A stretch of 64,000 bases of DNA, from positions 4,588,001-4,652,000 of the forward strand of contig CM120641.1 in assembly GCA_051362555.1 (NCBI GenBank), read 5' to 3'. Of this stretch, positions 12,145-23,794 are shown piece by piece. How positions within the stretch are numbered: the stretch's first letter is position 1; each line of letters begins with the position of its first letter. The notes below the pieces were generated by a model that had not been told where the DNA came from, did no database searches, and saw only the letters and a list, made by a program, of their open reading frames with translations. A program made the position numbers and the translations under genes. This DNA comes from Lingula anatina. Taxonomy: Eukaryota > Animalia > Brachiopoda.

Positions 12145-15100
12145 ACTTTAGATAAAAGTCAATTTTTTCTTTAAATGATAGTCAATTTATTCCATATACT
12201 GGGACCACATTTGACGGTGTTGTTTGCTGCAATGGGGCCAATTGTCTTTTACTTTAAAAAGAAACACAATGCTCAAGAGTACCTTCTCTGAATCATATAC
12301 ATAGTTTTATTTTTCGAATGACAAATGCTGCACATGTCAACACCTAAGCTCGAGCATTGACTTTCGACTGACAAATATTTTGCTAACATATTTTGAAGAC
12401 ACATTCCTATGCAAACAATACGTGTTAAATGACAAAATAATATTCGCACAGATCTTAAACACTCCCATAGTTCTTCAAAATATTTAATGAAGCTTTGAAA
12501 ACAGACCAGCGAAGATATGTATTTGTGATTGTAATATATTAGAAAAACACCACGAGAGAATGAGAAGGGGTGACTTTTCAGTCAAAGCTATGGCATTTCG
12601 AAGTTAAAACATTATTAAAGAACGAAACTAAGTTGTTATTGTATCATCATTCCATTGTCTTGTTATTGTGTTTTGTGATGTACTGAACGAAAGCTGCAGG
12701 AAATCTCTGAGCAGGGTATTACATTATTTTGCCACTGAACTCGGCGCTCGTAACTGGGACAACGTTTGTAAATCTCATGTTTTGAATTTTTTACAACAAG
12801 CCTAGTCGTAATGTAAGTATAGTTGCTTCTATGCGTATCTGCTAGTCACATGAAAAAGCACGTGGTCTGCTTAATCTTGCCTTCTTGGTATTATGAAGCT
12901 TTTTTCTTATGTATTTTACAGTTTTTGTTCTTATATATCCCCCGAATAACTGCGGAGGGTGGTTGTATTAGGCACAGTAGCTTTGTCAAGCAGTATTACG
13001 ACTATCACAGGGGTTTTAATGTATTCTGCTTTATATTGCTCAGCAACAAGCGCATATGGATAGAGCAATTACTTAGATGCATTAGATAAACACACCATTA
13101 AATTCCAGTAGCATGCACTTAGCAATTTATAACAACTATTGTCTTCCAGTGGATAGTCATTTCCACTACCCAACCGGCAGCCTTGGTTAAAGTCGGTTGG
13201 TCATTTTCACTGCTATTACTAAAGATGAAGATAAAAAAAGAAAAAAAACATGGCATGTTTATGTTGAAAGTTTAATTTTACATGAAAATTGAGATCGGTA
13301 ATTGTAGTCTTAGTAATTGTAATTAGGGAGCGAACTTTATGATCTCTTGGTATAGACCATGTACATAGGTGCTGTTGATTTAAAGCTTAAATGAGATGTT
13401 GAATTGGTAAGATAGATTAAGATGGGTATCGGTGATGGGATAGTTTAGTTCACTTTTTGGACTCCGGTCCGGTAATGCTATGCAAATTAGAATTAACCAC
13501 AATTGAAATTATATGCTCAAGTTAATGGCTATCACAAAATGTTTGTATTTTATTAACTTTAAGGTCATCACGTTCGTTGGAAATAAAGCTGATTTTAAAT
13601 AAAACGATGTTTGATATGAATTCAGAACGCGTTGTGGTTTATATCTGGCTCTTCTTTGAAGTTTACGTGGGGTGCTTCTTTAAAGGTAGTCTCGAGTGTA
13701 CCAAAACGACACAGCTAGACATGAAGGACTAGTTTTATTGTTTTTACGTCCATGAACACAGGAGGAGATCCAAGGGTGGGCCACGGCTCCCTTTTATGTA
13801 GCGTCTTGAAGGTTAAAAACCCTTTGCTTACGTCCAATTTGCTTTGCGTTGCAGTTAAGTTTTTAAAATAACTTCTTGGCGTTTTTTTTTTAAATCCAAC
13901 ATTACCAGAACCCGTTTTTGCATTGAAAGAAAAATAGCATGGTAAGAGTTAAAAAGATTAATATACAGAAACAATAATCTTGGTTACAGCCCCTTAACTT
14001 CAACTAGCAGTCTTTCTCCTGAGTCATATGCGTGTCAACTTAAACGTTTTTACAAAACCACAAAATATTTTGGGTAAAACAAATAGGATTCATATATTAT
14101 CAAGTATGTTGTCTCACGACGACAGGCACTCCTTTGTTTTCAACATGGCGAGGACCAGGAAAACCCGCATCCGTCCCCAGATTTATTCCCGGACAGTCAC
14201 GGACACGGTGTGGATTGCGCAATTTTACATTATAAGTTTTATTCATATTTTAAACTCTCCCCCTTTCTTTCAAAACTTGATGCTATCACATATGATTTAT
14301 CACGGACACCCCCATACATTTTTATGGTGTAATTCAAACCCATTACGCTGGGCGTAGTTTTCAGCTAGCTTTATCTGTCTGCATTTTAAGAGATAAATAT
14401 GTTTGAAATCAAGAAACCATGAAAATAGACTGATGCGTTCATTCCAGCCACATCGTAGACGGCATGTAAATAGAAGACATGTTATTTCATCTCTCTTGAT
14501 CACAACAATCTGAGATCTAAGTCATTTTTAGATCAGCTAATGAGAACTCAGTGCGTTTTAAACTGAAATGAAGAAGAATATGAGCGTCTTTCGTGCATAG
14601 CTTGAAGTACTTAACGTGCAAATAATAAAAATCAACCTGGGTTTATTTTTGCTTTTTATTGTAATAGAAACACCAAAGTTAGCCGGTACATTATTATTAC
14701 AGGGCAAGATTTTTTTTCCTTTATCAAATATTATTTTGTCGCATTTTAGTAATTCTCCTTTTTCTCATTTTGTACGGTATTTTTGAAATTCATTGTTTGG
14801 CAACTCTCGACATTGAGCCTATAAGCATTGTCTCAAATTTCAACACATTTTCACAGGAGCTTCATCTCTTGGGGTTATTATGATGCAAACCCACCTCTTT
14901 CCTTTAACATCATTCTATCAAACATCCGCTCATTTGAAATTCGAAGATAAACTCAGATGAACTCGATCTCCTCTCAAAAGGGACTCTGACAGTACGTGAC
15001 GTATCCACACATTATATCAGGTTGACCTGAGCTCAATTATGCTAATGATTCATTGTGTAGGCCTACATTTCACGAAATCCTTTAAAATATTTCATCAGAA

Positions 15101-15188
15101 TATATTGCTCTGTTGAGGACAGGGCTATTTTATGTCACAACTGACAGATATATGTGACACCTCAGTAAAATTAAGTTTTTCTGAATTC

Positions 15189-15190
<2 letters not shown>

Positions 15191-15232
<42 letters not shown>
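15191..15232. repeat. Poly(A) homopolymer, 42 nt
   Basis: Directly visible run of A. Confidence 0.9.
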
Positions 15233-15233
<1 letters not shown>

Positions 15234-15509
15234 ATTCCTGGTATAAAGATTAGGTTTCCTAAGTACCGGTACATCGATAGGTTTTTTTTTTCATTTTATT
15301 AATTTTTTTTAAAGATATATATGATATTTGTATTTATTTTTAAAGATATACATATATAATATTTTGATAGAAATATTGAAGAGATCTTTTTGTTAATGTA
15401 AACTAGACTTTTTTTAATCTGACGAATTTCGCTCACTGTGAGAGAGGGCGGTTTGGAAGTTTCAGCTGTGAGCTGTGAGTTATCAGCAAATCATCATGGT
15501 AGTCTGGGA

Positions 15510-15682
15510 TATAGCCAGCAATTGCAAAAGGAGGGGAGGGTTCTTTTTCTGAAAAAGTGAACCTTTCATCGAGAAACATACACGTTGGCATAGAACCTAG
15601 ATCAAACTTTATTTCAAAGTGGACCGTCTCCTGACCAAAAGGGTGGTTCGTTCGAATCTCAAAGAAACTACTTCTACGTGCC
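15510..15682 (-). mobile_element. Degenerate short interspersed repeat (MITE-like), same family as 50811-50953
   Basis: Its reverse complement shares ttcgaa.gaacca, tttt.gtcagga, tttgat.tagg and aaaggt.cactttttc.gaaaaaga.cc with the copy at 50811. Confidence 0.6.
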
Positions 15683-16049
15683 TCACATTGCGGTCTTCCC
15701 AGACATGAAAGTTGTTATTGCTTTGGTAAAGGTAACAAGTTCTCCAAACAAGTGGGAATGGCTTTTGTTGTACTACCTGGCGGAGCTAAGATTACACAAC
15801 TATCCCTGCTCTGAGATCATGTAACAAAAGCTATTTAGAAGTAATCACGCGCCAGTTTGGCAGGGTCAGGCTGTAAACCCCGCGGGGGACACCCCATTAT
15901 CTGCGCTTGTCTAGTTACGGGGCATTCAGCTTTTAAAAATCTTATGTATATCTGACAATCTGCAATGCACGAATTCAAATGGCATAGTAATTGGACTTCA
16001 CTGAAATGGGAAGGAGTTTAATATTCTGACTAAAGAAGACCATTCAGGA

Positions 16050-16308
16050 TGCCCAGCCCACCAATGGGTGAACGTGACACCACAAACACTACAATGAGTA
16101 CATAAATTATACGGAAGCGTCACGTCTTGGCCGATTTCGTCATTTCCGCCTGTCACGTAGCCACGCCTACTAAGTGTATCGAGTGAGATGTGGTAGATTA
16201 TTCAGCACAGACCGAGAACTATATTGACAAGCCAGCTGCGAAAAAGTTTAAGAAGTTCTGTAAAAGTAGCTAGCCAGAAACTGTACTATACAGTGGTCAC
16301 CTAGAAAG
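16050..16308 (+). promoter_or_regulatory. Putative promoter and non-coding first exon of innexin 2
   Basis: CCAAT at 16061, ETS-like CGGAAG and TTTCCG, and CRE half-sites (CGTCA) cluster at 16111-16160. They are followed by the splice donor aaag|gtacgt at 16309. The next innexin acceptor is at 18895. Confidence 0.5.
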
Positions 16309-18896
16309 GTACGTTAGTTAATGTTCATACAATATTTTCTTTAAAATGTAAAGATTTTGATGAGCTTCTGCGACAAAAGCTTTAATAACGCCAGTAGTGC
16401 ATGTGAAATCAGTGTCTTTTGCTCAGTAGTGTCGCCATTGCGGTGGGGGCTCGGTTGATCGTCTTTTTTCTTCTGTGTCAAGAAGTTCTGAAATTCAGCT
16501 CTGTCTGGAATTCGTTTAACATTATCTTTAAAACTTGTTTTGAAAAAATATGTAACCGTTGGGGGGAAAAATCGCGGGTGTGGATTTTGAAAATTTGTTT
16601 ACTTATTCACATTCACAGGACTCGGACAAAGTTCACGTTTATTTTTTGTCCAGGCGTTATTTATACTTCTAGTGAAATTAAACGGGAAACTTTAAAAGAA
16701 GTCAAGTTGGATTTTAAAGAAAACATCCGACCAATTAGTTTTTCAATTTGTCACGTGTTCATTAATTCCAGAAGTCGTGCTATGTTTGAAGGAAAATGTT
16801 TATCTCTTTTCAACATATGGTTATACAGATTTGTATCTTGTTGAACTGTATCCCAGCTTCATATAACGACTCTGATTTGTTTAAAATATTAAAGTATTTT
16901 TCCGACTCCTACAGCTATTTGTTTGCCCTGTTCATATGCTGAGTGTGTGAATGCCTTGGACGTATGGGACTGATTAAGTCCTAAACAGAGCCATATTTCT
17001 AACCAGAGTGTCTCCATAAGTTAAGATCGCTATCGCAAGCTCCTCTTCTATTTACCGGAGTCGTTAATACAAGCTTTTTCCTTAAAGTGTTGTTTTTTAT
17101 GTGTGTGAAACTCGAGCTACAAGTGTTATGTTGGCATTTCACGCTGGGAAGTCATTTAAAAGTTAATTCCTCACTGGCTTGTTTCACAGACATTATGTAC
17201 AGGAGAACATGATTTATTAGCATTATGCAAAGCACCAACTATTGTCCCTATAAATGCACCGAGGTTTATGTGCACTGGCCCCGTGGAGTGAAATAGTTTA
17301 TGTTAAGTTAACATCACTTAACTATGGTCTTTTCTCTAGTTTATTTGTATACTGAGCATAATATTTAGTGCTCACCTCGGGCTGCCCTATATTTGAACAG
17401 AATGTTAATTGCCCCTCATACTCTTAAGCTGCTTCCTCTGAAACAAAGAATCCGTCAAAAGTGTTAATTGCTACGTCAACATGCCCTGTGGTGTGAAGAT
17501 TACTCCCGGCAGCGGACAAAGCCAGGGCTGGTTTATTATTTTAGGGGCGCTACAAAAAGCCGTGTGAAGCAAAGTTATATGGTAAACCGACAAAGGGCGA
17601 GTTATTGTGGCATGCGTGCCACGCAGTGGATTAGGGGCTGGGTGAAATGTTACTGAAAAAAATTACCAAAAGCGTACTTCGAGTTAGTTTCCAATTTAGT
17701 CTCGCTTCATCCTCGATGCCTGCCAGCTCAGCACAGGTAGCAGCCATTCAGGTGTGTCAAGCAGACCATCTTGTCGCTGTCTGGGTGACTTGCGTCACGC
17801 CACATTAGAACGAGTGCCACATTTTCCACTCATTTTTTTTGTTTTAATAAATGTGCCCAAAGTTGTTTTTCACTTTGCACTGTATGTTACCTAGCACGAG
17901 ATCATTAGACAGTGATCAAAGATGCAGGTGCTGTAGAGGTCACAGATGAGATGTCATGGCAGGGCATTAAATGAATTGCCAACGGGAGTCGTAAACGTGA
18001 CAATTCTTTCTAGTTGAAACCTGGTTGAATTACAGTTTGTTAACTTGACGTAATGTTGAGCTCATTTAATGGAGTATTGCATTTGTGGTTTAGTGGCTTT
18101 AAATTGAAAAGCAATGGCAGTTAGTTGGTAATCAAAGAAGGGTCAGGAAGCGGGCAGTGTAATAGAGACATTCAGGCATGGTCTGCATCTGCTGGTAACC
18201 CAATACTCCCCATGTTAGATCTGTTTTCGTACTTCACTAACTTATAACGACAAAAGCGCAGTTGAATGTGGGCTACCAAACTTAGTCCCCTTTTTCTCAC
18301 CAAACTCTCTCCTCCCGTCGCCACGCACCGCAAAAGAACTCTGATCGCAGTGATAAAATAATTTGCGTGACGGTGCATTATTATCCCATAGCTGTGACTT
18401 GTAAGAGTGCAAAAAATTTAAAACAACAAAGCTTTCTCCAGACAATAGAAACCCACACCCAGGCCTTATGTATTATGCAACATTCTCTTCTTTGCGGTCA
18501 TATGATCGTGGTCATACAAAGGGTAGGCACGTTATCTAGCCCACAGAAGAAAAGATGCATATCACTATCATGATACTGTACTGGAAGGCAAGGCAGCGCC
18601 CTCTTTCATCTATGAAAATAACTAACCCCTTGCATCTTTAAGTCTGTCTAACTTCTCTGGTAAATGAAGTGTTTTGTTGGTTGATTGTAATTAAAGTCTA
18701 AAGTGTTAAAAATCTGAAATGTCGATTCTTTAAGTATGTATTTCAGTGTGTTAGTTGTTGATACTAGTCAAACTGGAATCGGCGTGTAGTGGAGTGAACA
18801 TCGCTGGGATATAAACCGGAGGCGATTGTGTTAGAGAAGTTAAAAACGATGGGGAGCGCACAATTCTAATATCAGTGTCGTTCTTTCTTTTCAAGG

Positions 18897-20165
18897 ATGG
18901 CACCCTTTGTGGACATCCTAGCGGGTGTATGGAAGGGGATAACTAGCGACGATGACTACTACGACCGATTAAACCACCGCTACACCGCCCTGCTCCTCGT
19001 TGTATTCGGCGTCCTCATCGGCAGCAAGCAGTATGTGGGAGATCCCATCGTTTGCTGGGTGCCAGGAGTGTTTACGGGCTCACATAAAGAATATGCCAAC
19101 CAATACTGCTGGATCAAAAACACGTACTTTATGCCGTTCGAGGAGCGGATCCCGGGCCCGTCACTGCCAAGGGCGCACATTGGTTACTACCAGTGGGTAA
19201 CGCTGATGCTGTTCCTGCAGGCGTTGCTCTTCTATTTTCCTCGAATCTTCTGGCGTCTCATGAGCTCAGCTGGGGGTATTGACTTTAATATGATTGTCGG
19301 AGCGTTGTGGGGACCAGCTTGCCTCGACCCCGAGAAGCGTGAGGGCACCGTGAAAACGGTCGCCTTGCACGTGGACCGCTTTTTGATGCTCAAACAAGAT
19401 TACTCTAAGTCCAAATTGGTGAGAATAAAGGAAAAAATCGTGAACTTGATCTGTCCCTTCATTGGCAAAGAATACGGTAACTATATGTACTACCTGTATC
19501 TGTGGGTGAAGGTGTTTTATGTCTGCAACGTGCTCGGCCAGCTTTTCTTACTGAATGCGTTCCTGGGGACTTTCTTTCATCTGTATGGGTTCCAAGTAAT
19601 CCAGGACCTGGTGTCCAAGCAAGAGTGGTTTGAAAGCGGCAGATTTCCTCGAGTTACGCTGTGTGACTTCAAAGTCCGGCAACTCGGTGGCAACATCCAT
19701 CGGCATACCGTTCAATGTGCGCTCCCCATCAATTTGTTCAACGAAAAGATCTACATGTTCCTTTGGTTTTGGCTGGTGTACGTGTGCGCTGCCACCATTT
19801 GGGGTCTCATTTCATGGCTAGGTTTCCTCAGCCGCCGTGAGAGAAAGTCATTTGTGGCGAAGTATCTGAAACGTCTGGGCATCATCAACTCGACTAGAAC
19901 TGGAGATGGAAAGAACGTGCGAAAGTTCATCACGAAATACCTGCGACCTGACGGTGCGTTTATCTTAAACCTGTGCTCGAGAAACACCAATGATATCGTC
20001 ATTGGAGAACTTATTGCTGAACTGTGGGCGAAGTTCATGAAAGACCGTGTACATTTGTACAGCGACAGGTCTTTGCTGGACGCCGAAGGCGAACCGCCTG
20101 CCGAGCCCGTAGGAAACGACAACGACAATGAAAACGAGAAACCTGAAAAGCCTCTAATGTCATAG
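18897..20165 (+). CDS. inx: Innexin 2 (422 aa), intronless CDS
   Basis: Shows DDDYYDRLNH, QYVGDPIVCW, YYQWVT, GRFPRVTLCDF and QCALPINLFNEKIY. Acceptor ttctttcttttcaag|gATG. Confidence 0.97.
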   Translation: MAPFVDILAGVWKGITSDDDYYDRLNHRYTALLLVVFGVLIGSKQYVGDPIVCWVPGVFTGSHKEYANQYCWIKNTYFMPFEERIPGPSLPRAHIGYYQWVTLMLFLQALLFYFPRIFWRLMSSAGGIDFNMIVGALWGPACLDPEKREGTVKTVALHVDRFLMLKQDYSKSKLVRIKEKIVNLICPFIGKEYGNYMYYLYLWVKVFYVCNVLGQLFLLNAFLGTFFHLYGFQVIQDLVSKQEWFESGRFPRVTLCDFKVRQLGGNIHRHTVQCALPINLFNEKIYMFLWFWLVYVCAATIWGLISWLGFLSRRERKSFVAKYLKRLGIINSTRTGDGKNVRKFITKYLRPDGAFILNLCSRNTNDIVIGELIAELWAKFMKDRVHLYSDRSLLDAEGEPPAEPVGNDNDNENEKPEKPLMS

Positions 20166-22126
20166 AGATTTGAAACCAAGCCCATGACATTAAGCAGATA
20201 TTGTATTTTGTTCTAGATTAGAACATTGATTGAGGTGTACATTAATGTAAGATACAGGCTCATCAGTATAAGTTTTGTTTTGACATTTTTGAGAAAGTTC
20301 AGCGAAGTGTATATTGAATGAAGTTGGGGACAGTGGAAGTTGTATAGTAAGCTAGCCATGACATAGCTCAAAACCATATTTTGTTTGATATTTTGATATG
20401 AAGGTGAAGGGTCAGATTTAATTTACATTCGTTGATATGTATCGTAAATGTGATAAGTCCTAGAATAACTGTACAAATACTTTTTATGCACATTGCAGTG
20501 TCTTTATGCATGTGTATTTTATAAATATATTGACAAATTTTTGAAGAAACTGAAATGAGAGATACACAAGAATTGATCTCGCAACCGTTATAACCGTCAC
20601 TGTAACAGTATATGGTTCATTTACCGGACGGGAAATCCTGCCGGTAAATTAAACCTTTTATTTCATACACATTAAACATTGCAGATAGTAGCTTTTGCTC
20701 GTTATACAGCATATACTTTTCAGCAACAAACGCCTATTATGTGCAGTTTTCGTGGTGCTTTGGTTGGGTGTGCTTAGTAATATCCGTAGATACTTATTAT
20801 TATGTAGCACAGTGTCTATTTTGAAGGGCATTCCCATTGTAATGTTAAGTTCCATGTCGTGTATTGGCCTGTCACTGCTCTATATAATGACAGTGCAACA
20901 TTCCACTTCGTGCACATTGATCATGAAACAAATTATTTAGTGAAATGGTTTTTATATGATGTATTCACAGTCTAGTAGTTGCAATAACATGGAGCTTAGA
21001 ATACTTACACAAAATAGCCTAGTTACATTTCAAGCTAGAGCAACTTAACAATTTTAGAAAAAGATTTATTATTAGATGTTCAATATTTTCATTTTCTGTA
21101 ATTCCTAATGAGAAACAAAGTGATAGAATAAAACTGTGGACTTTTCTTATTTGTCTGTTTACTTCACTACACACTTGCCAAGTTTTTCAAGTCTGAACCA
21201 AACCGGGACACCTCAGAAATCTTCGAGATAATGCCACAAGTACATATAATACATTGTGTATTCAAAATCGAAAAAGCTTGACTATCAGCACTGGGAAGGC
21301 CTGGGGCGTCAAGTTTAATTGAATTGCACACCTAGTCTTCCTGCACAATTTGAAAATGACTGACAATGTCAGTTGATTTAAGTTATTCTTGGTCTTGTAA
21401 ACTTGTTATCTCAAGTCAAGTAATGACCCGAGGGAAAAGTGTGTCGCACTCTGTTGTTTTGTAAGAACATTTCTTGCCTCCTTTGTAGCGCCTTTCAGGT
21501 CGCTAGACCGTATTCGTCTCGGGCTAAATAGTGACTCGTAGGAAATTGTGCTTCACTCGGTAAATTTAAGACTGGTTCGTTTGCGTCCATTACTCGCATC
21601 TTAGGGTCATGAGAGCCTAAAAGTCCAAATCATGTATTTGGTACGGCACATTTGATAGTTGTATCTTGAGCGACAGTATAGGCGACACAGAAAAGAATTA
21701 TAATGCAGTCTCAAATAATGATCACCTCACTTTGAAATGTCAACATTGCATGCAAGAAAAAAATATGCGGTTTACAAATCCAAAGAATTGAGAGAAGATA
21801 GTTGGAATTTTCAGGAAACGCGCTGCAGTGGCGTCCGAAGGAAAAGAGCACAGATTGTAACTTTTGATCGATTGAATTACATGAAACTCTTTGAACTACT
21901 TTATGTAGCAATGGTGTTGACGGGGTTCAGACATTCAACCTTTATCTAGAGCAGACGGTGCAGTGTGTATTCCTGATTGCGTGCGGTTGAGATTGTCATC
22001 TCAGCCAGGTGTAATATGTCACAATCAACGCACCACCGAAACACAATCCATCACTAGTCACTGTACAGACGCCTCTCAGTATCTTGTCTTTCAACGCCAA
22101 CTGAAATCAATAATTTGCTCCCCCCC

Positions 22127-22136
<10 letters not shown>

Positions 22137-22173
<37 letters not shown>
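22137..22173. repeat. (CT)n(CA)n microsatellite after a poly-C run
   Basis: Directly visible. Confidence 0.9.
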
Positions 22174-22174
<1 letters not shown>

Positions 22175-22564
22175 AGCACGGTTTGCTAGTAAGTAATGCT
22201 ATGGGGCAATTGTTCTCACTCAGTTTGAAACGGAGACTAATTTATCTTCAAGGTGGCAGTGAATACTTGACTTGACACCAGCATTCTTTTGAGTACATTG
22301 TGCATACGCACGCAATCTTGTGAAGCAACTGAAGTAGACCAAGTAGTGCTCTTTTCTCGGGCTCACGTTACTCGTTTCGTTCAATTAAGCTAAATTTGCT
22401 CGTCAGTACGACACTCGTGTTATTTTTTAAAAATTATTTTGCCTAACTTCTAAACTACTAGGTGTTCTAAATTTATCGATTTATAAATTAATCATTGCTT
22501 AATATTCAAACGTTGATCTCTCTGGTGTAATATAACTGTAATAGTCTTATCATTTTGTTCTAGG

Positions 22565-23794
22565 ATGGCCCCGTTCGTCGGGATCCTGTCCGGTGTGTGG
22601 AAGGGCATCCACAGTGACGATGACTTCTTCGATCGTCTCAACCACCGTATCACCTCCCTCATCCTCATAGTATTTGCCATGCTGGTGGGTAGCAAGCAAT
22701 ATGTCGGCGACCCCATCGTGTGCTGGGTGCCTAAGGTATTCACAGGGGGCCACAAGAAGTACGCCAACAACTACTGCTGGATCAAAAACTCGTACTTCAT
22801 GCCGTTTGAGGAACGTATCCCCAACCCCGAGCTTCCCCGGGCACACATCGGCTACTACCAGTGGGTGGCCCTGGTGCTCCTCCTTCAGGCGTTGTTGTTT
22901 TACAGTCCTCGTATTTTCTGGAGACTCATGAGTGACGGTGCTGGCATAGACTTCAACATGATCGTGAAAGCTATCTGGGCGCCCAAGTTGTTGGATCCCG
23001 AGAAAAGAAAGGAGGTGATTGGGACGGTTGTGAATCACCTGGACCGCTTCTTGTGCCTCAAGCAAGACTACCACAAGAACAAGTGCTCCCGCTTCAAGGA
23101 GAAGTTCACAAATTTGATCTGCCCGTTCTTGGGCAAGCAGTATGGCAACTATCTGTTCTTCTTGTACCTGTGGGTGAAGTGCATGTACGTGTGTAATGCT
23201 ATAGGGCAGTTGTTTCTCCTCAACGCGTTTCTTGGCTCTATGTTTCACGTGTACGGTTTCCAGGTACTGTCGGAGCTGACTACTAAGATGGAGTGGTATC
23301 AGACTGGCAGATTCCCGCGTGTCACTCTGTGTGACTTCAACATACGGCAACTGGGAGGGAACATCCATCGCTGGACTGTACAGTGCGCTCTACCTATCAA
23401 CTTGTTCAACGAGAAGATCTACATGTTCTTGTGGTTCTGGATGGTGTACGTGGCTATTGCAACGGTATGGGGCATGATTTCGTGGTTTAGCTTCCTCTAC
23501 CGACGAGAGAGAAAGGCCTACATCGCCAAGTTCCTTAAACGTATGGGCATCATCTCCTCAACCAGCACCGGCGATGGGAAATTGGTACGGAAGTTCATTA
23601 CGCGGTACCTGCGTCCCGACGGGGCGTTTATCCTTAACCTGGTGGGTAGAAACACCAATGATATCGTCATAGGAGAGCTGGTGGCAGCGCTGTGGGAGAA
23701 ATTCAAGAAGGATCGCGCTCATCTGCTGACCGACAGAGGCCTTGACGAAGAAGGAAATCACAAAATGGACAAGATGCTTGAAGATGCTGTGTGA
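22565..23794 (+). CDS. inx: Innexin 3 (409 aa), intronless CDS, closest paralog of innexin 2
   Basis: Has the same innexin motifs (YYQWVA, GRFPRVTLCDF) and shares the unique segments NLICPF.GK.YGNY, TGDGK.VRKFIT.YLRPDGAFILNL and RNTNDIVIGEL with innexin 2. Acceptor cattttgttctag|gATG. Confidence 0.97.
   Translation: MAPFVGILSGVWKGIHSDDDFFDRLNHRITSLILIVFAMLVGSKQYVGDPIVCWVPKVFTGGHKKYANNYCWIKNSYFMPFEERIPNPELPRAHIGYYQWVALVLLLQALLFYSPRIFWRLMSDGAGIDFNMIVKAIWAPKLLDPEKRKEVIGTVVNHLDRFLCLKQDYHKNKCSRFKEKFTNLICPFLGKQYGNYLFFLYLWVKCMYVCNAIGQLFLLNAFLGSMFHVYGFQVLSELTTKMEWYQTGRFPRVTLCDFNIRQLGGNIHRWTVQCALPINLFNEKIYMFLWFWMVYVAIATVWGMISWFSFLYRRERKAYIAKFLKRMGIISSTSTGDGKLVRKFITRYLRPDGAFILNLVGRNTNDIVIGELVAALWEKFKKDRAHLLTDRGLDEEGNHKMDKMLEDAV

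Noticed and set aside
15191-15232. Poly(A) run as the tail of a retrocopy or SINE
   Set aside because: No recognisable upstream element body or flanking TSD was found.
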